A stretch of 64,000 nucleotides of DNA from Amoebidium appalachense (GCA_963693365.1 CAVNZM010000008.1:2108001-2172000), one strand, 5' to 3'. Counted from the first letter of the stretch, positions 16,542 to 43,306 are shown. Made by a program: numbers and translations. Notes: generated from the letters alone by a model not told the origin.

Positions 16542-18863
16542 CTAGTATGAGCTAGGACGAGGCCTGCAGTACCCATACCTTATAGGCACACGGTACTGAA
16601 CTGTAAACTGACACGTGCGAGGGCCACACGTGGTTGGCCTCCAGTCAGCCATCGTACACGTCATTGGGGGGCAATACATTGGCCTGACACACACCCAATC
16701 CTGCGATGTGCCCCCCAGAGCACTGACGCAATTCCCTGGGTTGCGGCAACGAACATAGATGCCCCCGTCTGGAATACACACACCGTCACGAATTTTCGTG
16801 AGAGTGCCCCCACTCTGACACACGGCAATGTCAAAAAGACACTGGTTGTCGTAGGTAACATTGTTGCTTCCACACTTGGGTGCAAGCTCCTTAGTGCACG
16901 GTTTGGTGCATATATAGGGCACGGGGGCAGGGGAAGGTGCCGGGGTTGGTGAGGGGCATGCACCCATTGATGCGGCGGTGATCTGCCCACCGGCCTGGCA
17001 GCTTGCAATGTCGAGTAGACATAGGTTGGGATATGTCACACCGTTAGAGCCACACATAGGGCGGAGGTCGCGGGTGCAGGGTTTGAAGCATGGCGGAGCC
17101 GGGGCCGGGGCTGGGGATGGAGTAGGGGCACCACACGAGCTGTTGGAAACAAGCAGGAGAGAGCCCCCGGACTTGCAGTTTGCGATTTCAAACATGCAAA
17201 TATTGCCGTATGTCTGTCCGTCCGACCCACACACTGGCCTTAGGTCCTTGGTGCAGGGCTTGAGACACGGGTCGGGTTGGGGCTGGGGTTGGGGCTGTGG
17301 AGAGGGGGTAACACAGGCGCCATCAGACACCTTCTTAACCCCCGACTGGCAGGTTGCTATCTCGAGCAGGCACAAGTTGTTGTATGTTACACCGTTAGAG
17401 CCACACAACAGCTTTAGTTCCTTGCTGCACGGTTTGAGGCACGGGTCGGGCTGGGGCTGGGGCTGTGGAGAGGGGGCACCGCAGGCGCCGTCCGAAACTT
17501 TCTGAACACCCGACCGGCAGGTGGCAATCCCGAGCAAACACTGGTTGTCGTACGTGATGCCATTGTTGCCGCACACCGGCCGAAGATCCGCGGTACAGGG
17601 CTTGAGGCACGGGTCGGGTTGTGGCTGCGGCTGGGGGGCTGGGGTACTGCAGGCGCCTTCGGACACTTTCTGCACACCCGACCGGCAAGTTGCTATTTCA
17701 AGCAGACACTGGTTGTCGAAGGTCTTGCCATCCGACCCACAAACAGGCTGTAGATTCTTAGTGCACAGCTTAAGGCACGGGTCGGGGAGAGGTGTGGGTG
17801 CTGCGCATGCGCCGTCGGAAACCTTGCTCACACCCGACTGACATGTGGCAATTTCCAACAAGCATGGGTTGCCGTATGTCTTGCCATCAGAGCCACACAC
17901 CGGATGAAGGTCCTTGGTGCAGGGCTTCAGGCACGGGTTGGGCTGGGGCTGAGGCTGAGGTGAAGGGGTGACACATGGCCCATCAGCAGCTTTGACAACT
18001 CCCGACCGGCAGGTGGCTATCCCGAGCAAACATGGGTTGTCGTACGTGATGCCATTGTTGCCGCACACTGGGCTAAGATCCGCGGTGCAGGGCTTGAGGC
18101 ACGGGTCGGGCTGGGGCTGGGGCTGCGGCGCTGGGGTGCTGCAGGCGCCATCAGAAACCTTTTTCACCCCCGACTGGCAGGTGGCAATTTCAAGCAAACA
18201 CTGGTTGTCGTAGGTCTTGCCGTCCGACCCGCAAACCGGCTGTAGATTCTTGGTGCAAAGCTTTATGCATGGATCGGGAAGAGGGTTGGGGTCGGGTCGG
18301 GCACAAGGACCATCGGCTGCCTTTGCGACTATGCCGTTTGACTGACAGGTTGCAATCTCAAGCAGGCACGGGTTGTCGTAGGTAATCCCATTCGTCCCGC
18401 ATACTGGTTGCAATACCTTGGAGCAGAGCTTGGCACACGCTACGGGTGTGGGTGTGGTGGTGCACTCTCCCGCGTAGGCTAACTGCACGCCTGACCTACA
18501 CGTAGCCACGGACAACATGCAAGCGTTTCCGTACACTTTGCCGTCTGTGCCGCACAAAGGCGCGTATTCCATTGTGCACATACGCCCGCAAAGGTCTGGG
18601 AGGGGGAAAGGCTGGGGACCTGTACTGGTGCAAGAGCCGTCCGAGACCTTTTGAACCTGGCCGTTTGACTCGCATGTTGCGATCTCCAAGAGACATACAT
18701 TGTCGTATGTTTTGCCGTCTGACCCACATACAGGCCGGACAATCTTAGTGCAGAGTTTAGAGCAATTATTCGCTGGATAGCCACTTGTGACTGCCTGACT
18801 TACTACTACTCCAGTGGAGGTAATTAGTACGGCTGCAAGAGCCGTAAAAGTAAAACGGGCCAT
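16542..18863 (-). CDS. Secreted multidomain Kazal-type serine protease inhibitor (12 Kazal domains plus an 8-Cys C-terminal domain); intronless, 773 aa
   Basis: Signal peptide followed by twelve C-x3-C-x7-C-G-(S/T/N)-(D/N)-x3-(Y/F)-x-N-x-C-x6-C...C units separated by P/Q-rich linkers. Confidence 0.95.
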   Translation of the reverse strand: MARFTFTALAAVLITSTGVVVSQAVTSGYPANNCSKLCTKIVRPVCGSDGKTYDNVCLLEIATCESNGQVQKVSDGSCTSTGPQPFPLPDLCGRMCTMEYAPLCGTDGKVYGNACMLSVATCRSGVQLAYAGECTTTPTPVACAKLCSKVLQPVCGTNGITYDNPCLLEIATCQSNGIVAKAADGPCARPDPNPLPDPCIKLCTKNLQPVCGSDGKTYDNQCLLEIATCQSGVKKVSDGACSTPAPQPQPQPDPCLKPCTADLSPVCGNNGITYDNPCLLGIATCRSGVVKAADGPCVTPSPQPQPQPNPCLKPCTKDLHPVCGSDGKTYGNPCLLEIATCQSGVSKVSDGACAAPTPLPDPCLKLCTKNLQPVCGSDGKTFDNQCLLEIATCRSGVQKVSEGACSTPAPQPQPQPDPCLKPCTADLRPVCGNNGITYDNQCLLGIATCRSGVQKVSDGACGAPSPQPQPQPDPCLKPCSKELKLLCGSNGVTYNNLCLLEIATCQSGVKKVSDGACVTPSPQPQPQPQPDPCLKPCTKDLRPVCGSDGQTYGNICMFEIANCKSGGSLLLVSNSSCGAPTPSPAPAPAPPCFKPCTRDLRPMCGSNGVTYPNLCLLDIASCQAGGQITAASMGACPSPTPAPSPAPVPYICTKPCTKELAPKCGSNNVTYDNQCLFDIAVCQSGGTLTKIRDGVCIPDGGIYVRCRNPGNCVSALGGTSQDWVCVRPMYCPPMTCTMADWRPTTCGPRTCQFTVQYRVPIRYGYCRPRPSSY

Positions 18864-21199
18864 ATTTTGGTCCCGTGGTCAGTGTGAGGGCAATATAGTT
18901 GTTCTTTGAAACTGAGGATGGAGTATGTGCAGAAATGCCTGAGTGTTCTGCTTTTGTGCTTTTATACATTAATCATGGCCACGCCCAGCTCACAGCTCTC
19001 ACTGGCACTACTGTACGAAGCCTCACAGAAGGAGCGTCGCCAAACGTCGGACTGTGGACGTCTGATGCGCGCGCGAGATGAATACTTGGTAAGAATGTTG
19101 CTCTCAATGCTCTGGCCCATAATCTCCCTCGCTGAGTAAACAATCGATGAAAGTTTACCGATACAATATCAAATAATTTTCGAAAGTGCTATTCTTAAGG
19201 TATTGTTTTTCATTTTTTGGTAGCCCGAGCATAACTGATGGAGTTAATTATATTTCAGTGCTAATTAGACGTAGTATGCCTTACAAAGGGCCGAAAATGC
19301 AGGTAGAGGTCAGAAATCGACAGTGTCATGTTTTTGGACCGGGAATTTTTTGCTTCGACTTACTTCTGTTCCCCCCTGGTCCAGCTCCCCGGTCCATTGT
19401 TTAACTCACATCATGGGTAGCAGGTAAAGGTACTGTTTTTTCATCTGACCAAAACAGAGAAGTCAGAATACAAGGGAAAAAATTGAAAAGATCTTAAAAA
19501 CAAATATGCTTTTGAATGCTTTTTGACTTTGAGTCACATGGGGCATTTAGTCACTCTGAAGGGAGTCCAGGGGGAGTCATGGTGATACCATTTGGCCCAA
19601 TCAACTATCGAACATACACAAAAGTGCCAGCAACCAATCATATTGGTGGAGAATCAAGCGCACCAGCGCACCAGTGGCGGCACCACAGGCCACACTGCCG
19701 TCACAGCCACCAGCCCACCACCAGTGCACGTGCGTGCTGCAGCTATAGCTGTAGTGAGTCAGTGACTGCGCGTGAACGCGGATCTTGAAGCAACGCGCGT
19801 GAACGCGGATCTTGAAGCCCCAAACTTTTTCAGATGATTTTTTTTTCTTTCTTTCAGTTGCGCACCATCAGCAAGGTACAGATGCCCCATAACACAACAA
19901 AAAAGAAAAAGGAAAAAGAAAAAAAAAGAAATACAGAATGGAATAACAATTATAAAGCGTTAGGAAGAAAATTGCAGTTCATATCATGACTTATATGCTG
20001 AACAAATAGCTTGCAATTGACCCGGATGTGCTAGAATGGGGACAATTAATCTAACACGTACTGACGTGTTGCCGCACGTGCGACGTTTTAACATCTACTC
20101 AGGCGGTCCCTTTTAAGTGTAAAAAAAAAAAAAAAAAAAAAAAAAGAAAGGAGACACCGCCTCAGTAGGTGGTAGACAATTAATCGGCCTAAAAGAAACC
20201 CCCTCTCCAACAAATAGCTTGACCCGGATGTGCTGGAATGGGGACAATTTGTAATCGGCCTAAAACTGATGAACGTATCGTATCCTACGGCGGAGTCCAG
20301 AGACCGGGTTGCAAGTTGCAACTTGCAACGTCTGTTATGCCAAAGCGGAATGAGAGAGGCCAAAGGAATCGGATACGACCTATAAGATTGAGCGTCAAAC
20401 GGCCCAGATATGTACCCCATGAATATGATACGTTTAACGAATAAATGTCCAAAAATAAATTTCCTTATATACCATATATGGTATGTAAGACTATTGGTCC
20501 GTTATGTCCACACCAATCAAATTGAGTGCGGGGATGAACTATGCATGTGCATAACGGCAGATCGTAATCCCCCATACTCCCTAACTCCCGATACTCAGTG
20601 GGGGCCGATAATTCTACATATGACATTTGATCAATTACATAGTGAAATTTCAAAATGAACCCTTTGTCCTTAACTTATATTAGGAGGCCATGCATGATGA
20701 TACCCAGCTGTATATATGTGTTCAAGTCAAGACCTCCTAAATGGTGTTTGGACTATATTATTTAGGAGGCCTTGCAGTGCAAGTGCATCCAAGACTTATG
20801 CAATGTGGCCTGTATGACGCGCCTTGCGCATGCCACTGCCCGATCTAGCGCTCTGAGGTTAAAGGTTTGAATGCACCATGCAATTGCAAACCGTAGTGGT
20901 ACACAATATAGTATGTATGGGGTGTACATGTCGTGATCACATGACTGCCTTGAAGCACAACACTACAGTCTCTATTCAATTAAATCAGTTCTCGACATTC
21001 ATGCAGATAGCTTTAATATTATTTATCAGTAACTACTTGAGCACCCCGTTGGCAATCACATGCATGCGGCACTGTACACATGTATATTCAGGGGGGCCGG
21101 GGGGGGGGGGGGGGGGGGGGGGGGGTTTGCTGTGAAAGAGAAATAAATAGCAAAGGAAAATAGTGAGAGTCAAGGAGCAAAATATTGAACCCAAAGTTT

Positions 21200-34355
<13,156 letters not shown>

Positions 34356-34486
34356 GGTTGCTCCAAACCTTGAAAACACGTCAAATTGTTGCTTTTTTAC
34401 AGACTTAGGCTACAGATATACACGCGCGTACGTGCAGAAGTATATGTCCGCGTGAGGCTTGCGAATAATGAATATGTGCCAATTTG

Positions 34487-36563
34487 CAAGGCCTCCTATG
34501 TAAATAGCTCACAGGGCCGAGGCGCGCACTAGACTAATACTCTTGATGACGTAAGAAAGGGTAGGGCTATCGAAATCTGTGATCTGACGTGCCCTCCCGG
34601 TTAGACTAGACTTAGCGCAAAACTTGTGCAACATTTACGCTAAACAGGCTAGACGCAATCATTGTTTGGCGGCTCACCGGCCGGGGCCGCGCCACTCTAC
34701 GGTACTATGTATACTGCTGTCGGTGAGCTGCAAGCTCGAGCTCCAAACTCGAACAAACAGATAGAGGTAATGGTGTTATGTTGCAGTCTTCAGACGTTTC
34801 TTGGCTTGCTAAACCGCGAGGGTGCGACCAGCAGAATTTTGAAGCCGGCATGTGGAAGGTTGCGCCCCAGTTTCGTGCTGGTGAGGTGCTGAGTCACCCG
34901 GAGCGGATCTCGGCGATAACTAAAGTTTGGCACAGTATGAAGCTTCATACAGGAGCCGAATTTCAAAGCTAACACCCCCCCCCCCCCCCCCCCCCCCTCC
35001 CCCCACCACCACCACCCACCCACCCACCAACCCTCCCTCCCAACCCCGGCCTCTCCCAAATCTGGCTTCAGTCACGCACTAAGCTTAAGTCTTGAAGCAG
35101 TAGGGCTTAAGGTTGCGCAAGCAGGCAGCCGCTGAGGTCTGCTGCTGGCCCTGAGGATCTCCACCACGAAGTTTCTGGTGGCAGCTGGAGCCCCGCCATG
35201 TTTTGGAGCAGGCTTAGCCGGCGAGGACGCAGACGTTGCTTTTATTGTGACGATGGTGGTAGTCAACAAGGCCCTGCTATAGGACCGGAGAAGAACTGTA
35301 CCCGGCCCGCCCGGCCACGCCCACTGTCAAGTTGGTCTGCGGGGCTTGACCGTACAGAATACCGTACTGTGCTGGGCCGCCTTGCCAGAGGAACGTCGGA
35401 ATGTGAACACAGTTGTGAGACTGATTGCCGTTTAGGCTCAACACCTGCCAGGTGTTCCCAGGGCCCACCTTCACTGTAACCCTTAAGTAGCTGAATAAGA
35501 TAATCTGCATCTTTTGTTTTGGGTGATTGCATGTTAGTACCAGTGTACTACTGGAAGCGGATCCGGAAAAAGTGGCGCCAAGAGAGAGGGGGGTGGGGGG
35601 AGGGGAGGGGGGAGGGGGGGGGGGGGGGATGAGAAAAGAGATCTAGCTTGATGGCGGATCCGAGGAGGGTTCACGGGGGAGAACGGGGGAAGAAGGGTGG
35701 TGGCAATTTTAGTTGCTGGTGGATACGGGGAGGTGTAAGGGAGGGAGCGTGTAGTTGTGGTGGTGATAACGGCGGTGGTCTCCTTCGAGGAGGAGAGCTA
35801 CGTATATAAGGCTTGAATAGGCCTCTAAAGTGGATCCAGAGTAAGAGCTTGGGGGTGGGCGGAAGGTGAGTGTTTGGCCGGGGGTGGGGGGTGGGGGGTG
35901 GGGGGAGGGGTCGGGGGGGGGGGGGGGGGGGGGGGGTAAGGGGGAAGTGATGGTGGTGGTGGTGATTCAGTTGGTCGAGAGAGGGAAGGTGGGAGAAAGG
36001 GAACACGTTCTGGTGGTGGTAGAAGTGATGTTTTCTTTCAAGGCGGAGGAGAATAGATCTATTGAATAAGAGGATCCGAAGTAAAAAGGGCGAAATTTAA
36101 AAGGGAAGAGATGCTGAGGAGGGATGGTTGCGCCGGGCCTTTGTACTCAAAGCATCGCTCTATTTACCCTGGCCCGAGGTATTCTATTCATATGCCCAAC
36201 TTTTGTGTGTAACCTGAGTCAGTATGTTAGCTGAACTGCTCGAGTCGCTTGCCAATGGGCGCTCATCAGCTGAACCGCCGGACAAGATGCACACGGTTCT
36301 TGTCTGTATTTCAGCTTTTAGCCGTAGAAAGCACAAGCTCATGACAACTGGGTAGCTGCTGAGAGTGTCCATAGAGGCACTACCTATCGCTTTCGCCTAA
36401 CTACTGCAGGAAAACCTGACGAAAAGGGTGGCAAACATATGTACTTCACTATGTACTTAGGCATCATTAATCGCCGAAACATTACCCTACCATTGATGAC
36501 GTCATCATTCTTATTATGTGACGACCCCGCGCCTCGGCCCGGTGAGCTATTTACGAGGCCTTG
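34487..36563. mobile_element. Putative non-autonomous DNA transposon with about 80-bp imperfect TIRs
   Basis: CAAGGCCTC..GTAAATAGCTCACmGGGCCGAGGCGCG...TAATA...TGATGACGT...GGTAGGG at 34487-34566, inverted at 36485-36563. No transposase ORF or TSD recognised. Confidence 0.6.
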
Positions 36564-36753
36564 ATGTGTGCACCTCGACTCAGCTTACTACAAAGCCTTG
36601 TGTTGTGTTCAGAGGGCCGTGATGGCGCCCCACTGAGCCGCCACAGACATCCATCATTCATGCCGCCTGAGGATTCACGACTCATGCGCCTGGGAGACCA
36701 TATGTAAACACCCATGGCCAACTGCAACGCTACCACCTACTGAGGCGGTGTCT

Positions 36754-36785
<32 letters not shown>

Positions 36786-37721
36786 GGAAGTAGATGTATG
36801 ACGTCGCACGTGCGGCAACACGTCAGTACGTTTTAAATTGCAACGCGTGTAAGGTACGTTCGTGGTTCGCAAGTACTTGACGTACCGTGCCCAGTCCGGG
36901 ACACCGAGTACTTAAAGAGAATGCTCAAGCATTATGGCCGAGTCCCAATTAGCTTTATTGTTGAGCGTGTTGGAAAATTATTTCAAAGTGTTGAATAATG
37001 TGTTTCGAAAACAAGCCATAACCACACGTGCAGAATAAACCATGTTACCAACAGGTGTGCAGGCTGTGCCGAGGTCATGCTCCGCTCACGTTGCATCAAA
37101 ACAAACCACGCAACCTCACCAAATCAAATCCTACTAAATTACCATGTGCAGTAAATGATATTACTGTATCACCACAGCAACTCTAAGTAGTTAACCTCTT
37201 TATTCGAGCTCCTTGCTAATTTCATTTATACAAGTTCATCTAGCCGTGGACTGGGCTAAATGAAATGGCAATCGATAACCCTTTTCTATACATACGTCCT
37301 CCATATATAAAGATTTGTCCAGTGGGCTGATGCGATCAATTCAGCGCTGTAGAAGCGCATGTTGTTGGGCTCTAACCTATTATAGTATAATCCATAGTAC
37401 AACATAGAATGAGGAAAACACCAGGACGAAGACTTCCCCTTTCCCCTGACTGGTCTGCGCGAACTATCCACTTGTGTTAGCGGGAGCAGTGGCGCGCTTC
37501 TCACGCGAAAAAAATGAACAGGCAACAAGGCCGGCCTGAAGCGTGTTTGATTCAACGTTCAAAGCCAGGGGCTCTCAAACAATGGCTTGTTTGAAGGGGA
37601 CTTGGTCGCTGCTGGGGCCACCTTGGTCGAAAGAACTGGAAGCCACGGGCTGTCGAAGGAGGGGGTAGAAGACGCACCAGCCTGTGCGAATCATTACTAA
37701 TAAATGAAGGAGGGGCCGGAA

Positions 37722-37756
<35 letters not shown>

Positions 37757-39054
37757 GATAACCACGTGAAGACGTAAACCTAAACAATACAGGGAAATAA
37801 AATGACGCAAAACCAGTCTAAAGCTATCCGTTTGAATATGCGCGCAGGTAAAAGAAGTTGGATACGCGCAAGTCGATGGCTGTTGCATAAGTGCACCTGA
37901 AGGAAACCCAACCAGTTACCATACGCATCCAACTACCGAAAATATGCATATCCCTGCACCCATACCTGGCTTCCCGCCATAGACTTGGTGATGTTAAGCT
38001 CCAGAGTGCCTTTCTCCTTCATTTTCAATGCTGTTCGTTGCTTGACCTACTCAGTATTCATACAGCACAAAGGCAAAACTCCTGATTGATCATGGAGCCT
38101 CCGAACTGCCGAAGGTGGCTTTTATGGGTGCTCCCACGCAAAGGGGGGTAAATTTTTAGAGCCAGGCTTCCTTCAAACTGTTCAGGTATTTATGCTTTTA
38201 TTTTGTTTTATATATTTCACACATTTTTATAAATAGCTTAATGATGTTTAAAGTGTAAATTGTGGGTTTTACGGTCCCCAAGCAGGGCAGAACTTTTGAA
38301 AAACAATTATCTTTTCTCCTTAGCGCTTTGCCAGAAACTTCAGCTCACTATGATTGGTTTCTGGTAGAGCCAACGGAGATGGGCAAATCGCCGCTCTCGC
38401 AATCGGCTGAGTAAGTTTGAGGACTCGCTGGACTCGAGCAAACTACAAGCTAAAACAATCTAAACAATGTTTAGATTAGACTGTTAGAGCTCGCCAAAGA
38501 TATTTTTGTGATGATTATTTTACTAAGGTGGTGTGTTCTGCATTCCTCGACATATTCTAGTATTCTTTATACTATATTTGGGAGTATTTGTTAATATTGT
38601 TCGCACTGTCCAGTTTACTGCCTACAAAAAGCGTATCCAATCAGTTACGTCAGCAACCTAAGACTGCAGAAACCTCGGGAGTTATACTCATGTGCCTGCC
38701 CTGGGGTTTCGGTTTTCACGTGTTTTCCGGCAATGCAATGAGCTCCGCCCTCACTAGTCGATTCTGTGATTCTCGACTCCGGAGTCCGGGCCCGAGGCCG
38801 CCGGGGCCGGCCTACATGAAAGAATGAGAGGTGGCTGCAGCCAGACCAGATTGCGAAATGGCTCATCACATTGTGCTAGAACAGCACTTTTACTTTTGTT
38901 GTGCTACGGTTAGCATCGAGATCATGAGGGGGGGATGGTGTGGCACTTGGGATGGTGTGGCCAAGTTACTTCGCATGTGGTGGCGTTAGTGGTGTTGGTG
39001 GCTTTCAAAGGTCACCGGGGTGGGGAGTGAGTGGGTGGGCGGGGGGGGGGAGAA

Positions 39055-39093
<39 letters not shown>

Positions 39094-39401
39094 CCGGGAG
39101 AGGAGTGCCCGGGAGGGAAGAGGGGTTGCACGTATACGTTTACGCGTACGAATGATTCTTTCCCCGTGGGGGAAGGGGGAGGGGGGAGTGGAGGGGGGAG
39201 GGGGGCGGGAGGGGGCGTTGTCAACCGGGTGCCTCGTGAGGGGCCGAGTAGGGAGGCCGTGTTGCTGAGCGTCAAGGGAAGGGGAGGGCATGGGAGAAGC
39301 ATATGTTTGACAATAATTTACTTGAAGGAAGCATGTTTTAGTTAACTCTTGAAGCCTTGCTTCTCGTTTATGATACAGAAGTTAACGTGATGATGGCCAA
39401 C

Positions 39402-39503
<102 letters not shown>

Positions 39504-39596
39504 TGCTTGCGTCTATGTGCGTGTGTGTGCATTTGTGCTTGTATATATGCGTGCTCGTGATGTGTTGTGCAAGCGGCATCTCAAGCGGCAAGTTGG

Positions 39597-39689
<93 letters not shown>

Positions 39690-41276
39690 GCGTGCTCACG
39701 TCGTGTTGTGCACGTGTCATGTGATTTTGTGCGTGCCACGGTGCGTGCGTGCGCGCGTGCGTATGCGCGTGGGTGCAGCTATAGGTGTTTGTGTGCGTCA
39801 CGTCGGTGTTCAGTGAAAGCGTTTGCGTTGTGTGTATGCGTTTACGGTAGATATTTGTGCCAATGTAGGAGTGAACCACGCTGTGCGCAAGCGCATTTGC
39901 GTGCGAGTGTATTTCCTGGTGACAATCCGTGTACTGTAGTTGTTTGCCACACTGTTCGTGTCTTCTTGTACGCGTATACACAATAAGAGGGTAAAGTTTC
40001 CGCACGCGGGCTAAGTGTGTAAGGCGTGAGTACTTGTGTGTTAAGTGCACGTCTTTGTGCTTGTATGAGTAAAGATACATACATACGTGCAGTCTGAGGT
40101 GTATGTGCGAGCGTCGCTGCACGTTCTCCCTGCCTGTTTGTGTGTGTGGATCAAGGCCTCCCAGATAAACAGAGGCCTTGGTGTGCATTCTGGTGTGCAT
40201 ACGGGTAGCCGCCAGCTCGCTGAAACCGTGGCCGGCACTGAGGCGCAGTGTCAACTACGGTCACCGTAGACTCTGAGCATTAGCCCCCACATTTACAAGC
40301 CTATATAAACACAATAGAAAACGATTTCCTGCTGTACGTATGGATACCACCCTAGTAGATAAGTCTGTATGGTGCTCTGATGTTGATATTGCCTGGGAAG
40401 TTGTGCAGTGGCGTTGTAATTCTTGTTTTCATCGCCGCTGGTGCCACTTTTGTGCTGAACTTTTTAATCGCAAGCATGTTGATAGGTGTGAGTTTTTATG
40501 TCGCGTTTTACCTCTTTCCCTACGGGTGTCTGCTACACTAGCTGGCAATGTGAACACTTTAGACTTTTTGTTGAATTCTGTTGGTCGTCACATTGAGTAT
40601 TTATATAATTTTCACACAGTGTTCAGGTATCTCAGTATGCACTTGTTACTGGATAACTCGTGAAGTTTTTATTGTCTTCTCAGTATGCCGTGCATACTTG
40701 CATATCTTTCCGTCGAATAAATCCAGTCAAAAGAAAAAAGATTTTCTATATATGGGGGTCAATAATTTATCGCTGAACTCTAGGTGACCGCATTCCTCCA
40801 TTAGAAATACATTCTTTTGTAGATCCTGTTCGTTCATGTGCGGCAGCTGGATCCGGAGACCCTCAGTTGGCAGGAAAACAGCGCTAGCGGAGAGCGGCTA
40901 ATAGAGACTGAACACACGACGATCGTCATACTTAGTCTCACTTTTTTGTTATATATACACCGAATTCTGTACCTCGGGCTTCTTCAGAAGGATTGTACTA
41001 TCTAGCGTAAGGAAACCCGACACGTACGGGTTATCACAAATCCGCCTTGGAGTTCGAACTTCAGGCTTGAAGTTCGGCGTAGCTTAGAAGCTACTGTGTG
41101 AAACAGGTAGGCGAATTCGAAGGCTGGGGAACACGAGAAAAACGAAACGGAAAACAATGATATTCGGACTATTACCAAGCTCTTTTTTGTATCAAAACAC
41201 GTAGGAACTTGAAACAACATTGCTGGTTTGAAACAGTGAACTGAACAACAAACATGCGCAACGGCAGGAGTGGAAT

Positions 41277-41402
41277 ATGGCTTCACACGTGAGGCTGCTG
41301 GCCGCTTTGGCTGCGTGCATGCACCTGGCCCAGGTGAGTATCTACGGTTGTTTTCTCTTCGTGGTTCTTTAAAAGATTATGAGGGGGAAAGGAGGGGGGG
41401 GT

Positions 41403-41433
<31 letters not shown>

Positions 41434-43306
41434 AGAGGGGATGGATATAGGTGTCCCAGTTATTTGGTTCATGAACGGGTGGCTGCAGGAACCAAGGGGA
41501 AAGGAACTCTGTATAGAGGAAAAGCGAATGACAAAAAGAGCACGTGGGATATGGTTTACACGCAGCGGGAGGGTGAAAAGACGGAAGCTGGTTCGGTTAT
41601 CCGTGCTAACTGTACGGCACTAAAAAGTGGACAACGAAGTTAGGTGATCCAAAGCACTTCTAAAAACACTCTCTTGGGGGCGTTCTCTGATTTATAATTC
41701 GATGGCAGCAAGGATGGGTACCAATGTAGCTAGAAAGGAAATGGCGATGGCAGTGATGGCATGGGAGGGAGAATGGGAAGGGTTGGGGAGAGGAAATGGG
41801 AGCTTTTTAAATGCTGGGCATGTGGGAATGGAGCGCATTGGGTTTTATGGGGTTTAGAAGAAGGGCTTTACAGATTTGCAGTGACGCGGTGTCTGACTGT
41901 ACATATAGGCTGCTGGGTAACAAGAATGGTGGAGATAGGGGTGGGCGCTGGAAAGTGAATGGTTGGTTGGGTGGGTGAGGGGTGAAAGATTGGTTAGCAA
42001 GGGGGGAGGGGGGACCGGGGGGTGGGGGGTGGTTTAGAGAATTGGTTTGCCTAGGAAAAACATGTACAAGATGCAGTGGTGAGTGAGTTGCAGTTCTGTG
42101 TAAAAGGAGCTGTTCACAGCTGTCCACTACATAACCAAAACGCCTTGAAGCTGATGTAATTGAAGGAGAGCAGGATTTGCTGACTGGGGAGGGGGGGGAG
42201 GGGGGAGGGGGAGGGTCGCGCAAGTGAATAGGCGGGGTTGGAAGGGATTTTTTGAAGAGGTTTGGGTTGGGGGTGCTAGCCTGCTGGGGGGAGAAGGGGG
42301 GAGGGGGAGGTGGAGGGGGGGGGAGCTAGGCGCTGATATCTATATCGTTTTTGCAGGTTGCTCACACAGCTGATATTGCAAACCATGAGAGTTTCCCGGG
42401 GGGATCCTTGGACGTTGCCGGGGTTGAGGATGATGGGGGTCAATCGACTGCAGGGGAATTTCTACCTAGTCCGTCTTTCGCACCCGGAAAACTTCTGGCA
42501 CAAAATCATGATATTTTCAGAGCTCTGAAAACCCCACCACCACCGGAAACAAACTTACTATCACCAACAACGACGAAGAATTTCACGAATTATATCGCGA
42601 TCGGGTTTATCCATGATGTTAGCAAATTGCCAGCTTTTGGGCAGCCTATGAGGGCTGCAGCCCAAATTGCGGTAGACCAGATAAACGAAAATCCGAGTAT
42701 CTTGCCCCACACGAAGTTAGTTCTCAAGGAGGCAGACGGGGAGGCCCAAGAGAGGGTAGGTTTCGGTGTGCAAATTTGATATTTCTAGGACTATCTCGTT
42801 ATATCTGTGGTGTATTCTTGTGTTTCTGTGCTTGGGTCCACAAATTGCTGCAAATACATGTGTGTATTCGTGCTCGCTTCCTTCGTGCAGGCATACAGGT
42901 GCTTCAGAACGGGAGGTTAGTGCCTACGTGAGCACACGCTTTACTGAACACATCAGCTCAGTACAGACCATACTCACCCATGCTCACAACAACACAAAAA
43001 CCAGCCACTCCCCATACGTATAGGAATTCTCGCATGCAGAACTTGCAGACATGCGCACGCACACACCACACACACTGGAACGGATCCACAAAGGTACACA
43101 CGATGCACACAGGTGCACAACAGCACTCACAAGTACCTGCAGACACAAGCATATGGGCACATGCACAAACGCACGGGCACACACATTCTCTCGAGCACGC
43201 ACTTACAAATACACACACAAGGACACATGCACAGATGTAGAGCATACCACAGAATTCCACATACCCACCCACACACGTGAGAGCACATTCGCCAACACAC
43301 CCAATA

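Noticed and set aside
19768-20270. Short direct repeats (GCGCGTGAACGCGGATCTTGAAGC x2; TTGACCCGGATGTGCT x2)
   Set aside because: Local duplications with no termini or coding signal to assign an element.
35535-35550. Hairpin TAGTAC-CAGT-GTACTA matching the hairpin at the copia LTR start (2673-2690)
   Set aside because: Only 14 bp are shared, with no LTR terminus or further homology.
40216-40252. 14-bp hairpin as a Helitron end or ncRNA
   Set aside because: No CTRR terminus at the expected spacing and no second copy.
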